NCBI GenBank assembly: GCA_048941265.1
Contig: JBHLNT010000146.1
Location: 1-10,790 of the forward strand
Direction of reading: 5' to 3'
Source of the DNA: Promethearchaeota archaeon
GTDB lineage: Archaea > Asgardarchaeota > Lokiarchaeia > Sigyniarchaeales > SOKP01
DNA: 10,790 nt
The notes beneath the pieces are model-generated. The model was not told the DNA's origin. It searched no databases and was given only the letters and a program-made list of their open reading frames with translations. This document shows, piece after piece, positions 1 to 7,600 of the stretch (within the stretch, counting starts at the first letter, position 1; each line of letters starts with the position of its first letter). The position numbers and the translations under genes were made by a program.

Positions 1-633
1 TTCTTTTGAATGATGAGCATCACTCCCAATACCGACTGGGATTTGACATTTCTTCAATTTTCCGAAAAAAATTTCATTCTTTCGTGAATAGAAATGTGAA
101 TAGCTGGAATTGAACTCGTAATAAATATTATATTTTTTTAAAAGTTGAAGTAATCTATCTAAACCATTAAAGATAAAATATGAGGGATCAAAATGAGCTA
201 ATCCGAAGAGTGGAAGAGTTTCATTTGAAATTTTTCTTTTCCAATAAGATATCAAATTATTTATATATGCAAGACCCTCTGATGTCTCTAAATATTCAAA
301 TAAAATAATGTCGAACTTCAAAGGATTTATGTGATATTTAATGAATTTCTCAGAACTTCCAAGGTCTATCTCAATTCCTTTAAAGAGTAGTAGATCTTTA
401 TAAGTTTCTTTCAAATGGTTTTGGCAAATTGAAATCGCGTTTAAATAGTTATCAATTTTTTCAATAGAGTTTAAATTTGGGATTATCTGTGATTTCCAGG
501 AATTTGTGAAATGATCAGTAATTGCCAGATAATTTAATTCGATTTTAACAGCTTTAACAACAATCTCATTAATAGAATTCTTACCGTCAGAATAATTTGA
601 ATGGCAATGAAGATTTATATTGGGGAAATTCAT
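1..633 (-). CDS. PHP-domain metal-dependent phosphoesterase (YcdX/histidinol-phosphatase-like), truncated at its 3' end by the window edge
   Basis: Hand translation from ATG at 633 gives 211 open codons to the edge: MNFPNINLHCHSNYSDGKNSINEIVVKAVKIELNYLAITDHF...KGIEIDL...GLAHFDP...YEFNSS...VGIGSDAHHSKE. The PHP motifs HxHS..SDG, AITDH, GxE, AH, ExN and GSDAH are all present in order. It starts 14 bp after the permease stop. Not in the supplied ORF track. Confidence 0.93.
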   Translation of the reverse strand, partial: MNFPNINLHCHSNYSDGKNSINEIVVKAVKIELNYLAITDHFTNSWKSQIIPNLNSIEKIDNYLNAISICQNHLKETYKDLLLFKGIEIDLGSSEKFIKYHINPLKFDIILFEYLETSEGLAYINNLISYWKRKISNETLPLFGLAHFDPSYFIFNGLDRLLQLLKKYNIYYEFNSSYSHFYSRKNEIFFGKLKKCQIPVGIGSDAHHSKE

Positions 634-647
634 ATTAATAAAAAAAA

Positions 648-2528
648 TTAAATTAATCTAAATGTTCTATTGAGATACAACATATACGACCCGCTAATAC
701 TTAGGCAAATCCCAAAGAATAATAGGCTTGATATGTATAAAAATTCACTAGTAATTTGTCCAATTATTAATCCTCTAAAAGTAATTTGTTCAATAGTAAT
801 AAAATTCAATTCAAATAATATTACAATATAAAAAGTAAAAAGAGAGGATATAATCTGTACAATCCCTATAACTGTATTGGCATTATAAATTAATCTTGAT
901 TCGGTTTTATCTAATTCTATTATTTGACCAACGCCAATATCTATAGCCACTCTTTCCTTATCTACCTTTTTAATTAAGAAATAAGCTATCTCTCTTAATG
1001 GGAATATATCAAGAAATATTGTTGCTATTGTAAAAATACAAATACCAATTAAGATTCTCAATAATACATAAGTAAAAAACAATTCATACCCTTGAGTTGG
1101 GGAGCTAAGTGTGCCTAAATTATTTAATACCCAAATTAAAGTCCCCACAACAATTATACACAACACTTTTAGTCCTGCTAAAGTTATTAGTATAGAATAC
1201 CGGTCTGTAATAGTTAATGAATAATATAAAACTGTTATTAGAAAAAGGATAGATCCAAGAATTATTGCAGTCGGTTCTAAGACAAATGCTAAAATTAAAC
1301 AAGTTGTTCCAACGACTATCGGTAAATAGGGAAAAAAAGGAGCTTTGAAAGGCCTGGCTAATGACTTCCTCTTGCGTCTTAAATTAACTGCAGCAAAATT
1401 AACTGCTGCTAGTCCAATAAAATAAATAAAAGTGGTAATTTCTGCAGTAAAGCCAATGCTAGCATAGACTACCGCTAAAAATGTAAAAATAATCGCAATG
1501 ATTGTCGTGAGTATTAATGCATAAGTAGGCACTGTATTCTTTTTATTTAATTTTGTAAATTTGTTTGGAACATAATGATCTCTTGCAAGAGCTTGTAAAA
1601 GGCTCGTAGCTGAACCTAATGCAGCATTCATAGCTATTAAAGTCGAAATTAACATTGCAATCCCCATAAGGTAAAAACCGATAGGGCCTAAAATTTCAAA
1701 TAATATCTCTCCTAATAAAACTGGAGATTTTGTTAAATCACCATGTTTATTTCCTAAATTAATTAATACAACAAATGTTATTGATAGATATATTATTAAC
1801 GTCAAAAAAATGGCCAAAATGTTAACTTTGGGAATATTATTTGAAGGATTTTTTAAATTTACATTAAAATAGGCTAGATTTGATGTAATGGATGTAAAAC
1901 ATATAAATAGAAGTGCAAACATTTGAATTATTCCAAAAAAACTCATTTGTGAATAAAGAAAATTAGGATTGTATCCAGATGGATTAGTATTTGGAGAAAT
2001 CAATAATCCCGAAATAATGAAAATAGAGAAAATTGTAATGAGCGTGATTGTTAAAATAATTAATGTTCTTATCGCAAACCTCTGAGTCCTGAAAAATACA
2101 ATACTGGTTAAAACAACTGCCATAATTGCGACAGGTATGAGAAATGGCTCTAAAAATGGAAAAAAGATAATTATTATTATAGTGAATGCTTGAGCCGAAA
2201 AAGAGCAAGTTGCAATATTTGCTATAAATAGGAAAGTTCCTATAATGAATGCAGAAAAGCCTCCAATTCCTTGTTTACTAAAGTTATAAGCTCCTCCTGA
2301 ATGTGGTAAACTAGTTGAAAGTTCAGAATAATTAAGAGCTGTTAAAAATATTAAGAGCCCTCCAAATATTAAGCTAATTAACACTCCAGGTCCAGCAATC
2401 TCTATCCCTGTACCTAGAAGAACAAAGATCGACCCTCCAATCCCACAACCTATTCCATATAGGATTCCTGCAGTTATACCATATTTTTTTTCAGTAAGTG
2501 GTTCAATTTCATTCAAATCGTTAATCAA
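648..2528 (-). CDS. APC-superfamily amino acid permease-like protein with a C-terminal extension of about 4 TM helices
   Basis: 626 aa, TTG start. APC signatures include GxxIGGSIF (TM1), AGPGVLIS, YSELSTSLPHSGGAY, LKNPSNNIP, ALARDHYVP and RPFKAPFFPYLP. About 12 hydrophobic segments form the core and about 4 more follow after residue ~443. Confidence 0.9.
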   Translation of the reverse strand: MINDLNEIEPLTEKKYGITAGILYGIGCGIGGSIFVLLGTGIEIAGPGVLISLIFGGLLIFLTALNYSELSTSLPHSGGAYNFSKQGIGGFSAFIIGTFLFIANIATCSFSAQAFTIIIIIFFPFLEPFLIPVAIMAVVLTSIVFFRTQRFAIRTLIILTITLITIFSIFIISGLLISPNTNPSGYNPNFLYSQMSFFGIIQMFALLFICFTSITSNLAYFNVNLKNPSNNIPKVNILAIFLTLIIYLSITFVVLINLGNKHGDLTKSPVLLGEILFEILGPIGFYLMGIAMLISTLIAMNAALGSATSLLQALARDHYVPNKFTKLNKKNTVPTYALILTTIIAIIFTFLAVVYASIGFTAEITTFIYFIGLAAVNFAAVNLRRKRKSLARPFKAPFFPYLPIVVGTTCLILAFVLEPTAIILGSILFLITVLYYSLTITDRYSILITLAGLKVLCIIVVGTLIWVLNNLGTLSSPTQGYELFFTYVLLRILIGICIFTIATIFLDIFPLREIAYFLIKKVDKERVAIDIGVGQIIELDKTESRLIYNANTVIGIVQIISSLFTFYIVILFELNFITIEQITFRGLIIGQITSEFLYISSLLFFGICLSISGSYMLYLNRTFRLI

Positions 2529-2590
2529 CTTAAAACTTAATTTACAGTATTATTTCATTCGAACTAACTAAGTTTAAACCTTTGGAAAAT

Positions 2591-4066
2591 TTAAGATTTT
2601 TCAAGGTGAAAAAAACCAGATATAAGTGTTAAAATAGCAGCAATTATCATAAGTAGAAACATTACAAGATTATCAATATCTCCAGCACTCAGCATATTTA
2701 AAATAAACAATAATCCAATTATAATAAAGAAAAATCCTGCCGCAATTAGAATCCCCCCAAACAATTTTGAAACTCTATAAATTAAAGATAAAAATTCTAA
2801 TCTATTTATCCTGCTCTCTTTATCTCTAATTTCAGATTCAGTTTTTTCTAATTCAGCTTTTAACTTCTGGAAAATTGCCCGAGAATCAGTAATACTGGTT
2901 TCAATAACTTCTCTCGTTTTCACTAATTTATCATATTCAGGTTTTAAATCATCTATTTTTTCAGTTAACGCAAGTAATCGTTCCTCCCTCTCATTGTACT
3001 CCCGTGTTGATTGATCTATAGCATTTTTTATATCACTTAATCTTTTTTCACTAACTTCACTTAAATCCTCTTTAGTTTGAATTTGTTCATTCATTGATTC
3101 TAAAGAATCAGAAAGTTCTTGTATTCTTGATTCTATCCCGATCATTTGTTGCTGTTTATCCGTCAATTGCACCTTATATTTTTCTAGGAGTTCGATATAT
3201 GTTTCTTTTTGTTTTTCCATTTCGGGAAAACCTTGGTTATATTGTTCCTGTAGATCTTGAAATTCTTTAATTCTATCTTCTTTTTTATCAACCTGCTCAT
3301 TTAATAATTTTAGTTCATCTTCTTTTGCTTTAATCAGATTATCGGTATGTTGATATTCAATTTTATTTTTTTCGATTGAGACTTTTAGAGTGTCATTTTC
3401 GGCCCTAAGACTTTTTAATTTCTTTTCGAGGGCTTCAGTTTCTTCTCTCTGTTTTTCGAGTTTATTCTCTCTTTCCTCAATGTCTTTATTTAATTTTGTT
3501 ATTTTTGTCCTTAAATCTTCTTGCGTAGCCACTTTTTCTTTAATACCATCTGTAAGGACAATCAAATCGACCTGTCTGTTCTCATACGTTTTAACCAATT
3601 GCTCATTATTTTTTAAAAGCTCTTTATATTCTTCATCTAGTGTCTCTTTACTTTCTGTTGTTATTTTAAGTTGTTCTTCTAAAGTTTTCGTTTCTTCTAC
3701 CTTACGGTTGTAATCTTCTTCTAGTTCAGCAAGTTTTTCTTCTAAGGCGGTTAAGTAATCCTTTTTATCAGCTATTTTTTTTAAAATTGATTCAAATTGA
3801 GAATTTGCCTCTTCGAGTTCTTTGCCTATTCTTTCAATAATTCTTCGATCTATTTCTTCTTCTTCAATATCAATTTTTTTCTCCGCTTCTTTTTTTACTT
3901 CCTCAATTGTGTTTTCAAAAGTTCGCAATTTTTTATCGATTTTATCTCTGGAATCTTTTGCTTTCGACAATAATTCTTTATCTAACTTCTCACTTTCTTT
4001 ATCTATTTTACTGTTTTTTTCTTTCTCTGCTTTGCTTTCCTTCTCTTCTTGGTCTCCAGAAGCCAT
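2591..4066 (-). CDS. Long coiled-coil protein with a C-terminal two-helix membrane anchor, function unknown
   Basis: 491 aa. Residues ~1-425 are E/K/L/Q-rich with a heptad-like pattern and very few Pro/Gly. The C-terminus has two hydrophobic segments (LFGGILIAAGFFFIIIGLLFIL and LVMFLLMIIAAILTLISGFF). No signal peptide or Walker motifs. Confidence 0.88.
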   Translation of the reverse strand: MASGDQEEKESKAEKEKNSKIDKESEKLDKELLSKAKDSRDKIDKKLRTFENTIEEVKKEAEKKIDIEEEEIDRRIIERIGKELEEANSQFESILKKIADKKDYLTALEEKLAELEEDYNRKVEETKTLEEQLKITTESKETLDEEYKELLKNNEQLVKTYENRQVDLIVLTDGIKEKVATQEDLRTKITKLNKDIEERENKLEKQREETEALEKKLKSLRAENDTLKVSIEKNKIEYQHTDNLIKAKEDELKLLNEQVDKKEDRIKEFQDLQEQYNQGFPEMEKQKETYIELLEKYKVQLTDKQQQMIGIESRIQELSDSLESMNEQIQTKEDLSEVSEKRLSDIKNAIDQSTREYNEREERLLALTEKIDDLKPEYDKLVKTREVIETSITDSRAIFQKLKAELEKTESEIRDKESRINRLEFLSLIYRVSKLFGGILIAAGFFFIIIGLLFILNMLSAGDIDNLVMFLLMIIAAILTLISGFFHLEKS

Positions 4067-4142
4067 TTTTTCGCTCTTATGAATAATATATTTTTAATAA
4101 AATTGAGTCTATATACAATTAGAATTTAGGATTTTAAAATTT

Positions 4143-4166
4143 AATTTTCATTTATATATGAAAATT
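4143..4166. promoter_or_regulatory. 9-bp inverted repeat overlapping a TATA-like box; possible operator or promoter
   Basis: AATTTTCAT (4143-4151), spacer TTATAT, then ATGAAAATT (4158-4166), a perfect reverse complement. TTTATATA lies at 4151-4158. The AT-rich context lowers significance. Confidence 0.3.
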
Positions 4167-4321
4167 TAGTTGGGATTTGTTCAAACAGATTTTTCATTAA
4201 ATAAATATTCATTTTTAAACAACCCAAAATAGAAAGCTCTAAATATATAAACGCGTCCATCCTTATAAATTCATATTTTTTTCCGTTTTTTTTGAAAATT
4301 AAAAGGACTAGGAGGATTAAG

Positions 4322-4329
4322 TTTATATA
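4322..4329 (+). promoter_or_regulatory. Candidate archaeal TATA box upstream of the hairpin
   Basis: TTTATATA is preceded by purine-rich GGAGGATTAAG. Typical spacing would put a start site near 4350-4355, just before the hairpin. Confidence 0.35.
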
Positions 4330-4376
4330 GGAACATTGTTTAGTGCATCTCTATTAAATTTTTCTTACCCCTTAAA

Positions 4377-4463
4377 TGGGGTTTGTGTTTCTCTTGACCA
4401 GATTGGGATATAACGCTATGGCTTTTATATTTGGATCGCAGGTGAACAGGAACATTAACCCCA
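4377..4463 (+). ncRNA. Candidate structured RNA: 87-nt rod-like hairpin, family not recognised
   Basis: Hand pairing: 4377-4383/4457-4463, 4385-4392/4448-4455, 4394-4395/4445-4446, 4397-4399/4441-4443, 4401-4404/4434-4437, 4406-4413/4425-4432 and 4415-4416/4421-4422, with loop UAUG. About 34 pairs including 5 G-U on the plus strand. Locally GC-richer than the flanks. Confidence 0.55.
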
Positions 4464-4636
4464 CCTACAATGAAATATTTAATTTTCGGAATAATATTAA
4501 ACAAATCTTTTATCTAAAACAATAACTCATTCCCAATTTTCCTTAATCAGAATTTGTAATTAAAAATTTAAACCAGTCATGTTATATGAAAAGTTAAAGT
4601 ATATATTAAATCATTACCTAATTTTTATTTAATCAT

Positions 4637-4663
4637 ATTTATCCAAAAACAGTCACTTAAAAT
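4637..4663 (+). promoter_or_regulatory. Promoter motif shared with the paralogous gene at 8747
   Basis: ATTTATCCAAAAA (4637-4649) followed by TCACTTAAAAT. The same 13-mer occurs at 8693-8705. It lies 53 nt before ATG 4690, against 54 nt before ATG 8747. Confidence 0.6.
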
Positions 4664-4680
4664 TTTTAAAAAAATTTGAT

Positions 4681-7600
4681 GTGAGATTTATGTTTAAAAG
4701 TAAAAATCAAAAAAAGAAATCTCTATTAATCATTATACTGATAGCATTCCCTTTATCTATGCTTTTTGGCTTCTTAATACCTAAGGCTCGTGGAGAAACC
4801 TATGTTCCTGAAAAAAGTGCATATAATAATTGGAATTGGAAAGTATCTGAAGGTAATATATTAGCATTTGAAGTAGAACTTACCATGAAAGAAAATGATA
4901 CAGGGGAACTATTCTATCAATCTAAATATCTTGAAATTCTTAATATTTCGAGCATAGTGAATACTACTGCTGATCTTATGGGTCCCTCAGAGGTATCTCA
5001 AATAAATGCGACACGCATGTTTTATAATTGCACCAGTAAAAAACCAGAACAAATTCCAGGAGCTGACCCCTTTCAAATTGCTATGTTCAGTTATAATGTA
5101 ACTGATGCACCCCATGAAAGATATTTTACAGGAGAATTTATATTTGCTCCATTGGTTCTACCTCTTAATGGGTCAGAACTGGATTCGTCTTTAGTAGATA
5201 TACTTAATAAAACATTTTTCTATAATGTCTATAAAATGGGTATTATGAATAGTGTAAATGAAGGGGGATTTAACGAAGAGTATAATCCAGGAATAGATCA
5301 AATTTGGTACCATAATACCTCATTAGATTACTTTATGAATTTTACCTATTATGCAAATAATGGAACCCTTCAATCTGCTGGAATGGACTTCCTTATGTAT
5401 TTTACCGAGGGTAAGGGCGATGGCAGATGGATGACTGTAACATATTTGGTACAAAGAGTTTTTGATTATGACATAACCGATGAAGTCGAATGGGGAGTTG
5501 AGAAGGGAGATACGCTTTACTTTGGCAGGGGTTCTGATGATGAAACTGCGGAAGTAAAAATCGATATTACGGATATTAGCTGTATGGAGGTCGAGTTCCC
5601 GCTAATGGGACAAGAGATGGCTCAGACTTTTGAAATAGTGTGGGGTAATACTTCAACTTGGAATGGTGCTTCCTATGAACCTGGAGAAGAGAATGTACCT
5701 CTGGGTATTGCGAATAATTTCTATCCACTACACCCATATATTTTAGGTAGTGAGGAGTTTATCCCTATACTTTTTCCTAATAATACGGTATTTGAAGATT
5801 GGTCATTTGAATTTAATAATTTTACAGAAGAACATTCGAATTTTGGAAAAGTTCTTATTCACGATGAGATAGTTGTAGAATTCCTAATTTCAGAGGAGGA
5901 CATTCATGTTGTTCTTAATATAGATCAAGATACGGGAATTCTAAAGTTATTAACATTTGAACAAGAAGGGCTTTTAGAAATGGTTCTATTTAGAAAAAAC
6001 GTGACAGTATTACAAGATAGTGTTAGGTATGATACAGAGCTTTATTCAGACTTAATTGGCAATAATAAGGTTTTTATTAATAATCTAACTATGTCGCCGG
6101 ATGCAGAATTATATTGGGCCGTTTTACCGGTCAATCCACTTGAACCCCAGTACGGACCATTTATGCAAGAAATACCCGGTTTGGAGTTATATATTGATAC
6201 GTATGTAAATGATACTAACGCATTATTGCCACAAAGTAATCCTAATATAACGATTCACTATGACCAACAAGTTTTAAATGATCTGGGAATCCCTGAAGAT
6301 GAATTAAAAGTGTACAAGGTTGATATGGATACTTGGGAGTGGAAGGAAGACGTTGGCAATTACACGGTAAATAGTGGGGAAATTAATATAACTCATCTTG
6401 ATTCCGCGTTTCACACTATTGGAGTTGAGGAATCCTGGAATTGGAGTGATGATGTGTTTTCGGCAATTGATGATATATTGATATATGAATCCTTAGGTAA
6501 TTTACGTGGAAATGTAACTGAACTGGGTGGTGTAGTTGATATACCTTATATCAATTTCGCGATTTTAAATATTACTAATGTAGGATTAGCAGACGGATAT
6601 TTTCAGGGCAGTCCACAGGAATTCAATCAAATTAATGCAACTTTAATGTATTACGATCCAGAAATCGATGATCTGAAGATTTGGGATGCTCCGGGTATAT
6701 TCACATTAAGTGAATATTATTATAACCAGAGTCGAAAACCACAACCCACTTTTTATTTAAATCTAACAGAGAATATGCTTGGATTTCCACTGATTATCCC
6801 GTTACGATGGGGGGAATTAGCTCTGCCAACTATAGGATATGTATTAAATGAGACATTCTATAGCTCTCCATTAGCAGAAGAAATGGGATTTCCTATATGG
6901 GATGAAATTAGAGTTAATACACAGCAAAATATGCTGATCTTTAATGATACTACAAGTAATTACTATATGAAATTAACGTATTATGACAATGGAACGTTAA
7001 AAGATGCCGATGTTGCCATAAAATTCACTATAGACGACCAAGACATTGATTTTAATTTAACTTCGTCCAGAAAGTATAGCTGGAACACCACAAGTGAAGT
7101 TGAATGGGGTGTCGAAGTAGGTGAGAGTTATTATTTCGGTTCGAACTTTCCTGAAGGCGGACCTACCTGGGAAGCAAACATTACCATAGTTAATATCAAT
7201 CAAAGTGCTGTTTATTTAGCAGATCTTTTTGGTTTTGGACCAGATGCTTTCATGTTTCAGACATGGCTCACATTCGAAAATGTATGGGCCAAAGTCGAAA
7301 TTTGGAATGTAACAGATTTAGGGAACGGAGTACAAATTGGAGAATGGATCCCTGTAAATGATGAGCAACCTATTTTTATTATTGCCGCAGCAAATAATTA
7401 TTTTCCATTTGGACCTGGCGATTATTTAGGATATTATGACATTGAAGGTTATATGGTTCCTTTATTATTACCAAAGGGAATAGATGGGAATGAACTTGCT
7501 GGAGACTTCTTAGATTATGTAGCTATGATGATTGCTGAGGAATATGAAGGAGAGGTTGTAGCTGCAATCTCAGAGGTGGATGAAGATCACCTTAAGATCG

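Noticed and set aside
1120-2208. Short minus-strand ORFs 1120-1302 and 1984-2208
   Set aside because: Out-of-frame ORFs nested inside the well-supported permease gene, with no recognisable motifs.
2591-4066. SMC, Rad50, ESCRT-III or SNARE identity for the coiled-coil protein
   Set aside because: No Walker A/B, hinge or zinc hook. It is far longer than ESCRT-III or SNARE domains and has two TM helices. Such hits would be coiled-coil composition artefacts.
3390-4082. Plus-strand ORFs 3390-3713 and 3822-4082
   Set aside because: Ser/Phe/Leu-rich antisense shadows of the Glu/Lys-rich coiled-coil codons.
4377-4463. SECIS element or H/ACA guide RNA as the identity of the hairpin
   Set aside because: Lokiarchaeia have eukaryote-like SECIS elements and UGA faces UGA here. 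However, the core is UUGAC rather than AUGA, it lies between two gene 5' ends, and no flanking gene has an in-frame UGA. There is no pseudouridylation pocket or ACA directly after the stem. Not fully excluded without a covariance-model search.
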